A stretch of 64,000 nt of DNA from Camelus ferus (lineage: Eukaryota): positions 61,630,001-61,694,000 of the forward strand of contig NC_045697.1 in the NCBI RefSeq assembly GCF_009834535.1. The letters run 5' to 3'. Positions 13,840 to 27,350 of the stretch are shown here, piece after piece. The notes below the pieces were generated by a model, which saw nothing but the letters and a program-made list of their open reading frames with translations, had not been told where the DNA came from and made no database searches. Position numbers and translations under genes: made by a program. The first letter of the stretch is position 1. Each line of letters begins with the position of its first letter.

Positions 13840-14310
13840 CTGCCTTTTGCTTGGATCTTGGCTTCATCCCCTTCTACCGTCTCACTTGCTCACAATGCTC
13901 CATCCAGACTAACTTTCTTCTATTTCTTAAGTGCAGTTCTCATTCCTGCCTTAGGACCTTTGTCCTTACTGTTTCTTATATCTAACATGCTCTTCCCTTG
14001 AGCTTTACATGCATGGCTTATTCATGTGGATGGAAATGCCATCTCATCAGAGAGCCTCTCCTGTCCAATCTAATACAACCTATTTAACCACGACACATCT
14101 ACCTCATATTACCCCATTCTATTTTCTTTATATAGCATTTAGCAGTACCTGATAATTACACTTATTTACTTCTATGTATATTTAGCATCTATACTCCCCT
14201 TATAGGAAGATTCTGAAACATGAAACTTAACTCCTCTTTAGTTCACAACTCTGTTCCCAGCACACAGAATAGTACATAATAGATGCCTAATAAATATTGA
14301 ATGAATGAAC
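13840..14310 (+). mobile_element. L2 3' end
   Basis: CCTGCCTTAGGACCTTTG, AAATGCCATCTCATCAGAGAGCC and terminal AATAAATATTGAATGAATGA. Confidence 0.75.
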
Positions 14311-14399
14311 CAGAAAGTGAATTAAAGGTATGTCATGATCATATTTATAATTTGTAAAGGTATCCAAGTTGCAGTCAAGGGAGGGGTATATTAATAAAA

Positions 14400-15050
14400 T
14401 CATATGATCCAGCAATCCCACTCCTGAGCATATATCCAGAGAAAACTGTAATTCAAAAAGACACATGCACCCCAATATTCATAGCAGCAGTATTTACATT
14501 AGCAAAGACATGGAAACAACTTGAATGTCCAAAGATGTGAGATATATATATATATATACACACATACACACACACACACATACACACACACACATACACA
14601 ATGGAATATTATTCAGCCACCAAAAAAGAATGAAATGCCATTGCAGCAACATGGATGGACTGAGAGATTATCATATTAAGTGAAGTCAGACAGAGAAAGA
14701 CAAATATCATATGATATCACTTATATGTGGCATCTTAAAAAAAAAGATTATATTTCTATTTACAGACTCAGGGACATAGAAAACAAACTGTGGTTACCAA
14801 AGGGGAAAGGGCAGGGAGGGACAAATTAAGGGTTGGAGATAGACACATGTCACTGTATATAAAATAGATAAACAACAAGGACCTACTGTATAGCACAAGG
14901 CACTATATGCAACTTCTTGTACTACTATATAATGGAAAAGAATCTGAAAAGAAAAAAATATATATATATGTATGTATAACTGAATCACTTTGCTGTATAC
15001 CTGAAACTAACATTATAAATCAGCTACACTTCAATAAAAATGTTTTAAAA
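14400..15050 (+). mobile_element. L1 3' end (artiodactyl-type 3' UTR) with internal (TA)/(CA) microsatellite
   Basis: CATATGATCCAGCAATCCCACTCCTG, AACAACAAGGACCTACTGTATAGCACA and ACTGAATCACTTTGCTGTATACCTGAAACTAAC, ending in AATAAA plus an A-rich tail. Confidence 0.92.
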
Positions 15051-18000
15051 AAGAAACTAAATAATAGAGGAAAACAATTTGGACAAGAAATGATAAGGTT
15101 CTGAACTAAGGCAAAGGAGACGTTAGATATGAAAAGAGGAGACAAGTGGACAGACAGCGGGGTCAGTTGCTGCGACATGGATCCAAGGAAGAAGAGAAGA
15201 TGGATCTAGTTTTGCATAAAGCACAGAAATATAAAGTGGGGATTTAGATCCACTATAAAGGAAACTTTCTGGGACTCAATCTTGGGACTAGCCCTATTGG
15301 GAATATAGTAATTGCATTAAATGCTGCTTGTACCCATAAAAAGTGGTTATTAATCTCTTCTTCCACACAATACCTGTGGAGGACTTTTCTTTATGAGGTT
15401 ATATGAACTCAATCTCTACTTTGGAAAATTGAAATCGTTATTATTATAGTTTTATTATTACTACCTGTAGCTAGTACAAGTCCCTTTTAGAATGGATATA
15501 ATTCACAAAAATGCAGCATAATACAAAGTTCTTTCTATTTGCTCTTTCCCAGATAGGTGTCTGAAATATAAATATTATGGAGATGAATTCGTATTTTCCA
15601 ACCATAATCAGGTTTCTTATTTAATCTCTTAGCAAAATATTCCTATTGGTTTTCATCTCTTCTGATTCAGCTCATCTTTCCTACACAGAGAACTGTCTCC
15701 ATGAAAAATTAAATGTACAAGTGGAATTATTTTTTCTGTGTGCAGTTATAAACAGATAAGCAGAGTCTACACCAATTGATAGTCAATAGAATCCAGTTTT
15801 CTAACTCAGGGGATCTTGAAAAGTCTGTGTTTACGTTTAAGGCCTTAATTTAAATGTTAATATTCAAAGAATTTGATGTACAGAAAAATGCTCTGACAAT
15901 ATGTAAAATGCTATTATCTATAATACACTGACATAACTGCCCCACCTCCAAAATTACTAAAAGCATAGTATACTTAGGTAACATCTCCAAAGATAAAGAG
16001 ATAAACTGACTTTTTAAAAATTTTTCTTCTCTTTGAAAAAATATTAATCTTAGAGCTCAAAATAAGATGTAGATAAGAATCGTTTAAATAGATTCCAAAA
16101 CCAGGGTGGACTTCTATCATTTCTTGCTTTAAGCTACAACTATGAAGTTGTTAATGAACCTATACTCTTCACTACATATCTAAACAACTTTCAGGAAAAG
16201 CAAAAATTGGCTGCCCAGCATCTGATACTTTAATACCAGTAAGGCAGCCCTAGGAAGTAGGCTCTATAGCACGTTTTTAAGACCCAAGTCAAGAAAGAAG
16301 AAAGGATGAGTAATCTGCCTGAATCTTCCAATCTATCTGATAACCTCCATCTGCACCTTTTATAAAATTTGTCTCCTGTAATTTTTTGTATTTCATATTT
16401 TCCTTTGAATTTTGTATCTTGGTTATTATATCCAAAGGGTATGACATCACTTCACTGGCAATTGGAAACCTGTCTGAAAAAAAATAAAATAAAATAAAAG
16501 AAGGAAAAATAGTATTATAAATGAATGAATATGCTAACTTTTCATAATTAAAAAAAAAAAAAAGGACGATTTTTTTTCCAGTTAAACTGGTAGGGATAAC
16601 ACCAAGGATTCCCTACACAAAGGTTTTTAGTCAGGTCTTTTTGTGGACTGCTCTGGAAGGCTTTTACAACAGAGTAGCCTGAGGCACAGAAAAGGAGGCA
16701 GGACATGTTTTGATAACTCCAAAATGGCTTACAGGCCCAGAAGCAGAGCATCTAAATACCTACCATGGGAAGTCATTAATTTAACAAGAGGTATTTATGG
16801 CTGCTTGATCAGAGACTCACAAAGCTTATTGTGACCAATTGACTTGCACCATCATTGGCCATAAGGCCTCAAGTCCACTGTCATTCCTTGACAGGTATTT
16901 TCCTCTGATATATTCCAATGCAATGTGAAACCCATCCCAATGCCAAAATTTCTACATTGCTTTTATTGGTTTTAGTCATTACTGTACTGAACCCAGTGCC
17001 ATGCATAAAATGAGAATAATGTCTCCTTTGTTATAGCAATCAAACCTAGACCTGAGGTCAAGCTGAGGAACTGATACTGTACCATCGTACCCTCTCACCA
17101 GACAAGCTGTACACACCTCCTCTCTCTTCTTTCATCCTTAAGCTGAGCACACAAAAGCCATCATACAGATCTACTCGCACAACTCAACGTCCGTGGGTCT
17201 TCCACTGATACCCAAGAGGCATGGGGCTTCCCTGAAGCCTCCACTACCCTTCCCAACTACTGCTGCACTCCTACTCAGTTGGGAGTTAATTAACGAAAGC
17301 TTTTAAGAAATGGATTTTGTACTAAATCCCAAAAGGCCAGAAATTAATGAACAGAAAAAGACAGAAGCCCAACTGCTCTAGACCTTAGAAACACCTCCCA
17401 TATAAGGCGTTCTTCCCCGAAAGCTTTCGACAGGTAGAAAGTAGTACATTTACCTCAATTGAATTGCTAATGTTTGAACAGATTCTCTTACACGCATTTC
17501 TAAGGTACTATATATTTTCTGCGAACCCAAACGAATGTTCTTAAAAGGGTTTTAGAACAGGGTCACAGAAAGCAGTGGCCCACAGAAATAAGTTCATATT
17601 TGCTCACATATATGGCTAAGGGAATGCATCACAGATCAATTGTGAATCTCATTATTAAGAAATTTCAGGCTGTCAGAACCTTAAAAGCCATATTTTCCCT
17701 ATAACACACAGATGCATTTCCATTCACCTTTCTTATAAAGGTCTCCATTAGAAGAAAAAAAATTTGAATGACAATCCTAAAGAGAACTAGTCAACACTTT
17801 TATTTTTCCATACGAGTTATCTTGAGAGCTTCTATCATATATTCCATTACAACTTCTATGTAAGGTATGCTATGTAAGGTAGGCCAGATAAACATGTATG
17901 TTAGCTTTCCTTGGACAATGAACACTACAAAGAGACAAAAAAAAAAAAAAAAACCACTTCCCTTTTATTGCTTTTATTGTCAAAGGCTCCCAGGTAAATT

Positions 18001-18583
18001 AAGTGTTCTCCATAGTGGGTTGCTCATTCTAAGTAAACTTTCTTAGGAATATGGGCCCCCATTTAAGGTAGTGGTCTACTCCCTGAAGCAGCTGTAATAG
18101 TTTAAGCTTATCTCATCAATATTATTATCTTTGGTTTAACTATAGGGCAAAGCATTAGGGGGCTTTTCAACCCATGTTCATCACACACAAGTAATATGGC
18201 TATGATTCAAAACATAAATGCCTACAGAATCCAAGCAGCACAGGTAAGTGGGTGAGGATGATGGGGTGTAAGAGACAAAGCAATGTGGGAACTGTGAGGA
18301 AGGAATGAGGGCATATTCCATCATAAGGAGGCAGATGCTACTAAATTCTAGACACTTGTTGCTGTGAGGCAATGAGGACCCAGTGGAGGGAGGTGTACCA
18401 ATGCTTAAGATAAGCTGGAAATGTGAATATGTTTTGTCTGTCTATGGAATTTCTCAATTTAAAATGTTGGCTAAAAAACTTTTGAGACTCTTAGCCAAAC
18501 ACATCATGCTTTCAGGTGCAAATTCAGTCAAAGGGTTGCCAGTTAGTTGCACCCTTTCTATGTTGATTGACTGTATATCCAAG

Positions 18584-18931
18584 TGTAATGTTAATTTTAT
18601 ATGTCAACTTGGCTAGGTCACAGTACCCAGATATTTGGTGAAACACATCTGGATGTTGCTGAGAAGATATACTGCAGAAGAAATTAATATTTAAATATAA
18701 AGACTCTGCATAAAGGAGATTACCCTCCATAATGTGAGTGGGCCTCATCCAGTTGAAGGTCTTAATAGAAAAAGACTTCTCTCCCCAAAATAGGAAATTT
18801 CTGCCACCAGATTGCCTTTGAACTTGAACTGCAACATCAATTCTTCACTGGGTCTTCAGCCTTTTGGGCTACCCTGAAGATTTTGGACTTGCCAACCTCT
18901 AAAATGATGTGAGCCAATTCCTTAAAATCAA

Positions 18932-18969
<38 letters not shown>

Positions 18970-19515
18970 AATCTCTCTCTCTAGCTCTCTCTCCATATGT
19001 ATATGGCTATATATAAATATATGTTGTTATAATTAATACAAAATGGAAACTGAACTTGAAAATTCCCTGAGCAGACAAAACCATTTTAGCCACATAAGCA
19101 AAACTTACTTTAGTTTCTGCAAAACAGGTGAAATTTAACTTTGGTTATTTCTTGTAAATGCCTCTGATAATCATAAAATAAACTTAAGTCATCTTTCTTA
19201 AAAAATGGTGTAAGATAATCACTTTTAACGAATCCCCTATCATTTGGAACTCTCCACTGTAAAAACCAATTATCATGAGTTAAACAACTTCCTCATTTTC
19301 TCTTTATAAGCCATCCTGTAACACCATGCCCCTTAGCTTCACATCAATTTTCAATTTGAAACCGCCTAGTTCCTAAACTGTTCTTATAGGCACAATAAAC
19401 TCTTACTAAATACTATTTATTGATTTGGTGATTTTAATTTTACTTTTTATGGATTTCTTGAATATATATATATATTCTATCATTTCTGTTTCTCTGGAGA
19501 ACCCTGACTAATTCA
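18584..19515 (+). mobile_element. ERVL solo LTR, MLT2C/D-like, split by a second LTR
   Basis: Start TGTAATGTTAATTTTATATGTCAACTTGGCTAGG; ATTACCCTCCATAATGTGAGTGGGCCTCATCCA; (CT)n tract; end TCTGTTTCTCTGGAGAACCCTGACTAATTCA. Confidence 0.85.
19044..19461 (+). mobile_element. ERV1-class solo LTR (MER110-like, tentative) nested in MLT2
   Basis: ~420-nt insert starting near GAAAATTCCCTGAGCAGACAAAACC, with TATAA (19305) and AATAAA (19394) in LTR order. Confidence 0.55.
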
Positions 19516-19902
19516 CCAGTTTTGTTTGCTTGCTTGGGACAATTTTATGCCTATTTTCTCAGGATAACTAAGTAGTAAGAGTTTTACTCTCAAAATTTAC
19601 AAGTTTGGATAATAAGTTACTTGACCACCCTAATTATACAGCTTTATCTCTGCCACCAAAAATGACTACATGCTAAATTCTACAAAGCAAAACCTAACCA
19701 GTCACTCTGCTCTAGCTCATTTGCCTCCTGGTACCTTCCTTCCAAACAAATTATAATTGGTTTCAAATAAAAGTTTCAGAAATATCATGCTCATCCCTTC
19801 AACTCTCTCTTTCTCACCCTCTGTCTCTCTCCTTAAAAATAACAATTTGAAACATCTCTTATTTGAATTATCTTTCTTTTTTTTATTCCTAATTTATATG
19901 GG

Positions 19903-20148
19903 GTTTTTTTAAGGTGAAGTACTTTTGACTTACAATATTATATTAGTTTCAGGTGTATAACATAGTGATTTAACATTTTTTATAGATTACACTCCATATA
20001 AAGTTATTATAAAATATTGGCTATATTCCCTATGCTGTACATTATATCCTTGTATATTATTTATTTTGTATCAAGTAGTTTATACCTCTATAATTCCCTT
20101 GCCATTTGAGATAACATAGATGGACCTGGAGAATATTATACTTAGTGA
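19903..20148 (-). mobile_element. Short L1 3' end with inverted 5' segment
   Basis: 19903-20098 is a reverse L1 3' UTR (TTACAATATTATATTAGTTTCAGGTGTA). 20099-20148 is sense L1 sequence (TTGCCATTTG...GATGGACCTGGAGAATATTATACTTAGTGA). Confidence 0.8.
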
Positions 20149-23100
20149 TTGATGTTTTTAAATGGTAAACTACTTCAAATCATGTTTCTTTTATTCAGTT
20201 CTCAATCTAACATTACAAGACCCTTGACTCTTACTTTGTGAACTGCTCTTACCCAAGACTTTCTCTTGTTTTCCCCCTTTCCACTTTGTTTCTCACTTAA
20301 ATCACTGTCTAAAAAGGATTATGGGAGTGGGAGGAACTTTGGTCTACATAATCATTCAAGGCCTCAACTACTTCTGTCTACCTATTCCAGCATCCCTAGG
20401 GTTTCCATAGAATCCTCTATATCTGACTGGTAGGTAAGGGGAGAGAAATGACCTGAAGATTAGACCAAGCGCCCAGGTCCACATTCTGTTGGTCAGACCC
20501 AGATGACCCATCTAACCGAAAGGAAGGCTGAGAAATATAGTTCAACTGTGTTCCAGGAAGAAAAGGAAGTAGAGCCTGGTGAACATATATAATGGGCCAC
20601 AGCTTGCCTTCAATGTCTCCCTAAGATCAGTGGCATAATTATAAAATGCAATTTGGTAAATACTATGCTATGATGAGCATAGAAAAAGAAAAGTTACTAA
20701 TTCCAGCCTAAAATGAACATAGCATATATAAAGTTAGAAGCAATTGCTTAGGGTTATAAACCTAAGAAAAAAGCCTTGCAATATTAATGAGAAACCAAGC
20801 TTCTTCCAATTCTCTTAATGAAATCATATCATTAGTAATTATCTCCTCAAATCTGTCCTGAACACTAATTCTAAAGGTCAAATTCTGAGATTCCGACAGG
20901 CTGCTTAAATTCTGAGAAATTTATTTTGAGAGTTAAATTCATTAAATTTTACCCAGTATAAACAAAACAAACTTTATGCTTCCTCATTCAATACATCTCA
21001 TTAGCTTAAACAAGAATTTTTAATTCATTTTTTGTTTTTCTGATTGTTTGCTTGCCTTTACTTATATCAATTCTTTTTTGTTATTCCTAGTGTCTGTGTT
21101 ACTCAATGGGACTGGCAGGATACAGATTTCATCTATCTTTCATATGTTGAGAGAAAAAAAGGCAATAAACAGTTTTGGAAAAACAGTCAAAACAGATTTT
21201 TAGTAGAAGCAAAGCACTTTGTCCTCCAACTCATTTTTTCCGTCTGTTAAATTTCCTCAGTCTAATTACAGAGCAAAGGGGTAAGGAAAGCTTCCAGTTC
21301 TCTTCACTAACTCCCACCTCAAATCTGCTCACATAGAAGAGCAAGATGTGAGAAATGGGTCAGATTTGCTGATATTTTATTGGATCACCGTTTCAAGAGG
21401 CAGAGTGGGGGGATTTTGATGTTGCCACGTGAAAGTTGGATTCTACATGGCAGACATTCTCTTTGGATGTTCTTCCTTCCACAAGGCTAGAGAAGAAAGA
21501 CTGGGTGTAGGGACTGGTCTTCAACCATTAAGGTTCACTTTCTCTGTCTTCATCAAGCACTAATGTTTTTGAACTCCTTTTCTTGCTGGCTGTCATATTC
21601 TAAACTAATTTTTTTTATCATCATTGGAATGTTAAATCACAGGCTTAGACATGAAATTAGGGGGAAAAAATAGAGTAGATCTTTCTACCTGTTGGTTAAA
21701 CTGAGTTCTCCCATTGGCCTTGCCTAAGATTGAGTCTGAAGCTTAAGAGTAATAAAATATGTGACCCAGCCTATTTTTGTCCATCAAGAATCGTGAGCAT
21801 GGTGAGTGACAGTCACAGAACAGAATCAGTGGTTTAGAATTCTGAGTTCTTGACATCACTTAGTACTGTATTATATTTATAAAAATATCTATTTTAATTT
21901 TTAACAAAAACTTCAAGGACTACTTTTCCAGATATTGATGATATGATGAAAGGAAGAAAATCTGCCCTAAGGATGATGGTCAGCAGAAAAAAAGTGTATA
22001 GCACAGCTTTACAACATTAACCTCTAGAACAGATCTTTGTGTAAATTTCACAAAACTCCCTACTTATGCAAAATTACATTTACAAATTAGTTTGGCTACA
22101 ATTTTTACATTTAAATATATAAAGCCTGTTTCAACATCCATCTATCACATACTTAAGGCATATTCCACCCCACAAGTACCTGAAAATCCCTAGGAAAGTA
22201 GCTGTCATTTTGTTTCAAAATGAAATTGATGGAGCAGCATATTTTTTGCTCACCATTGCCTCTTTCCCAATGTCACTCAATTCCCAAGTGATAAATGTAA
22301 ACTGATTTTAATCACTATAGTCAAATGGGCACATACTTCAAGAAACTTCAAGGAACTTATTAAACTATAAAATAAAAAAGCTGGAATTTTCCATAGAGAT
22401 CATTTGTCTACTCAGCTCTTTTAATGGAGATAGTACAAATTTTTAACCTTCAAATTTTGAGGTTGGAGATTTTTTACCTCTTTGGCAGTTAGGAATATAT
22501 TAAAAACCATCACAAATGAAGAATTTGGGTACTGAAAGAGATAAAGACCAAAACATAGATGGTCTGAGAAAAAACTGATACAAAATAATGATGTATGACA
22601 ACTACACCATTGTTTAAGAGTTTAACTATGGAAAGAAAAGTTAGAGACCAATGGCAGGTAGAGACTGTAAGATGCCTCAGAATTGGGTGGAGAAGAAATA
22701 AAGACATATATGTTTTAGGGTAAATGCTGGTGGAACATAAACATTTGAAGAAGAAATTTAACTTCAGTTTTACACAAATTAATATATTTTTAACAAAAAG
22801 AAACACCAAAATTTTGCTACTTTGGACTTACAATGTTGTATCTGCCAAATGGTTCTTGCGGGAAAATGTTTCTAATAACTTAAAATCATCAAATCTCCCA
22901 TGTACATTCAGAGCCTGAGGCATAAGACAAAATCTTAGGTAAAACCCTCCCTCTACAATTTGAGATTCTGGAGGTGAAAATTCTTCTCTGCTATTTGGAC
23001 AGGTGCAAAGAAAGCATTGTCTGAACTTAAGCAAACAAATGAAAGTATAACAATATTCTAATCCTTTGAAAGCTGAGGTTGTTCCTACTTCTGCTGGCAT

Positions 23101-24619
23101 GGAGGAACACTGGAGGAAAATGGCATCAACCTGTACTTTTTCTGCTTCTTGGCATCCATGTTGCATCACTGTGCCTCTGCACCAGCAATCACCGGCAGGC
23201 AGCAAAGGCCTTTATGGTTTAATATTTATGCTCATCTGAGATGCTCTGAGTGAAAAAAAGGCAACCCTTCATCCCTTGAAAAATAGTCATTCATTTAAAC
23301 TAACATGATCATTATCCCTGAGAGCCAGGTCACTGAATATAACAAATTTAAAACTGAAGAGAAAAAGGGCACTGCAATGCCTGCTTTCCAGCACACCAAT
23401 GTTTTTAAAGTAATGCAAATGCCAGTATAATATTATAGCACACTCGAAGGTATATATATAAGTGGAATGGACTTTCTAAATAGACTTGCTCCTAAGTATT
23501 TCTTACATTGAGTTGATCATTTTGGTTCCATTTGCTACTGGTGTTTTGTTCTAATTTCTAGCAGTCAAGAAACATTCTCAGCAAAAAAGTATAAAAATCT
23601 TGTTCTTATTAGTTTGAACACAGCTCTTGAACTGAGTTAGTGTTTTTCACTCATATGAATGTCAGCCTGTGAAAGAAATGACTACGCTTTTGTGAGATGC
23701 AATTTTTAATGTCAAGTCCAGGAATTAGCTGTGATTTTAAAAAAAAAGTGTTGTAATATAAATAAATGTGAATCACAAACCCAAAAAGACCTACACACAA
23801 CTCACAGGGAAACAAAGAAAAAGGAAAAGAGACAACTTATAGGAAACTTTGATTTCAAGTTACAAGAGAGTTTAGGTTATTGTTCAGTGTATTTAAAACA
23901 ATATTGACAGATTAATGCAAATAAAGATACATTAATACTCATCAACATTGCTCTGTATTTTTAAATTTATTTTCTTGGCCCTACATTTGTAATCTTAGGG
24001 AACTACAAATTATAATTACCTAGTACTTTCTCTCAAAGAGTTGAATACTTAGGAGACACGAAAGACATTTAGTTACAAATATATAATCATAGGTACATAA
24101 CCATAGGAAATTTTCAGTAAATGCAATTTAGAGCTTTTTTCAACACCCTTTATTCTGGTAAGTTTAAATGAAAATGTAAAATAAAAGATGAATTCAGGAA
24201 ACCATTTTCCAAAGTGGATCACACTGGATATCAGTTATTTTCTTTGGAAAAATTGGGCAATCTGAATCAGTCAAGAGATGTGGGATAGGATCTCTGCCCT
24301 ACCACATCCTAGCATTGGCTCTAGACAAGACTCTTCATCTTCATGAGCTGTAATTTCTCAATCCTTTAATTGGGGATCTTTTCATTTCCATGATTTCACC
24401 TTCCTAGTTAATAATAAAGGTACAATAGTAAGTATAAATTAAATTTACTGAGCACTAACTATGTACCAGATACTCTTCTAAGCATTTTACATATATTAAT
24501 TTCTATAATACTCTTAATAACCCTAGGTATATCTTATATATGTTATACATTGTAATATATAGTAACTATTACATATGACATATTGTATATTAATATGATC
24601 ATCATCAGGGAGATTAAGG

Positions 24620-25900
24620 AGAGAAAGCAGATCATATAAAGTCTTATAAGGACTTTAAATTTCTCTCTGGGTGAGACTGGGAATGATTTGGAGAGTTTTG
24701 GATAGAGGAGGGACATGAGCTGACTTTCTCTTTAAAAGGTTCAGAGTGCTTATAACCAAGAAGACAAGAGATACGTGTTGGCAAAGAAATGGAGGAAAGG
24801 GGACACTTATACTCTGCTGGTAAGAATGCAAATTGGTGCAGCCACTATGGAAAACAGTACGGACATTCCTCAAAAAATTTAAGATAGAACTACCATGTGA
24901 TCCATCAATTCCACTTCTGGGTTATAACCAAAGGAAATAAAACAATATTGAAGAGATATATGCACTCCATATTTATTGCAGCTTTATTCACAATAGTCAA
25001 GACAGAGAAACAACTTCAGTGCCTGTCAATGAATAAATAAATCAAGAGTAATTTCGCCATGAGAAAAAAGGAAATCTTGCCATTTGCAACAGCATGGATG
25101 GAACTTTAGGGCATTATGTGTGATAAGCCATACAGAGAAAGACAAATACTGTACAGTATCATTTACATGTGGAATCTAAAAAATCTGAACTTATAAAAAT
25201 AGAGAGTAGAATGGTGGTTACCAGGGGCCTGGAGTGGAGTGGAATTGGGGAGATGTTGTGTAAGAGTACAAACTTGCAATCAGTTGATAAGTAAGCCCTG
25301 GAAATCTAAAGCACAACATAGTGATTACTGACAACAATACTGTATTATAAACTTCAAAGCTGCTAAGAGACTAGATCTTAACTGTTCCCATTATAGAATG
25401 GAAATAATAATTATGTGACTTGATACAGTTGTTAGCTAATGCTACTGTGGTAATCATACTGCAATACATGAAAGTATCAAATCAACTGTTACATACCTTC
25501 AATTTACACAATGCTATATGTCAATTATATCTCAATAAAAATAATAAAAGAAAAGGCTCACTCTGGCTGCTGTGTTGGAAATATATTACTGAGGGCAGTA
25601 GTAAAAGCAGAGAGAGCTCAGTGAAGTGGCTTGATGATAATTCAGGTGAGAGATGATGGGGGCCAGCACCAGAGGGCAGCAATAGAGGGGGAGAGAATGT
25701 CTGGATTCTGATTGTATTTCAGAAGTTGAGTCAGTGAGATTTCCTGATGTATCAAATGTGGGATGAGGAAGAAAAAAGGAAAAACTGAGGATGCCGAAGG
25801 TTTTGGCTCAAATACCTGGGAGGATGGAATTGCCATTTACTGAGGTGTAGAATATTGTGGCTGGGGCAGATCTGAGAGGGAAAATCAGGAGTTCATGCTT
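24620..25900 (-). mobile_element. L2 fragment split by the L1
   Basis: Removing the L1 rejoins TTTAAAAGGTTCA with CTCTGGCTGCTGTG, a typical reverse L2 motif; also GAATTGCCATTTACTGAG. Confidence 0.75.
24744..25550 (+). mobile_element. L1 3' end (L1MA9/10-like) inserted in a minus-strand L2
   Basis: GTGCAGCCACTATGGAAAACAG and AGCTGCTAAGAGACTAGATCTTAA; ends TCAATTATATCTCAATAAAA. TSD AAAAGGTTCA (24734-24743) / AAAAGGCTCA (25551-25560). Confidence 0.9.
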
Positions 25901-27190
25901 ATATACCCATGAACTGTCACTTCATCGTCACTCAGCAGGGCACCAGCAGCTCTACAGTGGCAGTTTTGGAGCGTGTAGGTGCCACTATTGCTGCACTTGG
26001 CAAAATGGCACCTGGAAGCCAGTAAGAGTATGTGCAGCTATTCCTCTAACCTACTGTTCTTTCAGGCTACACCATCCCTTCCTCACTCCTCACTCTGGCT
26101 CTGGTTGACACACTGAGAACCCATGGGTCATAACTCCCCACCTGGGAAAAGTGGCTCCATGCTGGCAAAGCTGCGATTCAGGGGCAGCTCCACTACACAC
26201 TGGTATGTGTAGCAAAATGGGGCAGAGAGAGAAGGGGAAAAGCCATTCTCTTCCTTTGCATCATCATACATATATATTTTAAAGAGCTCAATAGTGGTGT
26301 TATTTGTGCTCCAAAATTCAGTTTCCCAAAATAGCTCCTCAGATTAGACTTACTTTCACTCCTTTCTCTAGGATCAAATATTCTCTGGAGACTGAACTAA
26401 AAACATATTTGATTAAGAGCCTCAAGCTTTGCTAAAATCATGATTATTAGGCCTGATTTTGGGTCAAATGCAGCTGTTCCCTACTTACTCACTAATTATA
26501 AATATCCCTATAACTAGGTAAGGTTAAACCCCAGCAGTGCAAATCAAGTCCTTTCCCAGAAGCATCTTCACCCCCAAAATGCAAACAGACTTTCCTTGGA
26601 TTTGTGTTATCAGTTTTCCAGGCATGGGCAAATGTGTTTAAACTCCATCAACTGATTAATACAAGACTCACCGTATAATTTTCACTTTAGTGTCTTAGCT
26701 CTTTAATCCTCATTTTACAGATGAAACTGTGTCAGATCTGAGATTTAAACCCAGGCCTTTTTGACTTCAAGACTCATGAGTTTAATCACAAAACCAATTA
26801 GAAAAGCAAAGATCAAGAAAGATTGGGGATTATGTGGGCAGAAATGGCAGGAAATGAAGTGTATCAGTTCTCTCATCTGATTAAAATTTACAGTATTATC
26901 CTTGAATTAGACAATTAAAGCTTCAGGTGTGAATGTTTAGAAAACATTACAATAATCAGTAAAACTGAGTTTAAGATGATATTTTCCACATTACTGGAGA
27001 AAAATAAGGAATGTAGTATTTAGGGGCATGATCTTTATAGGCAGACATGCTGGGATAGAATTCTAATGTCTCTCCTCACTAATGGTGCAATCTTGGACAC
27101 ATCATTTACCTTGTTGAGCCATAAAAGACAAAGTCTTTCAGCTGACTTACAAAATAGAATGTAATACTGCACGTAAGAAATATACCTTTA

Positions 27191-27350
27191 GGGGGAGGGT
27201 ATAGCTCAAGTGGTAGAGAGCATGTTTAGCATGCATGAGGTCTTGGGTTCAATCCACAGTACCTCCTCTAAAATTAAATAAACATATAAACCTAACTACC
27301 CCTCCCCAAAAAATAAAATAAAAAATAAAAACTTTGAAAAAAGGGAAAAA
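27191..27350 (+). mobile_element. tRNA-derived SINE, camelid Vic-1 type
   Basis: GGGGGAGGGTATAGCTCAAGTGGTAGAG (A box) ... GGGTTCAATCC (B box), then ACCTCC and an A-rich tail. 16-bp TSD AAGAAATATACCTTTA (27175-27190) / AGGAAATATACCTCTA (27351-27366). Confidence 0.9.

Noticed and set aside
26660..26780. Strong minus-strand donor G|GTGAGT near 26670
   Set aside because: The putative exon is MIR-derived and lacks a convincing acceptor.
27191..27265. tRNA-like sequence
   Set aside because: The A-rich tail and TSD show it is a SINE head, not a functional tRNA gene.
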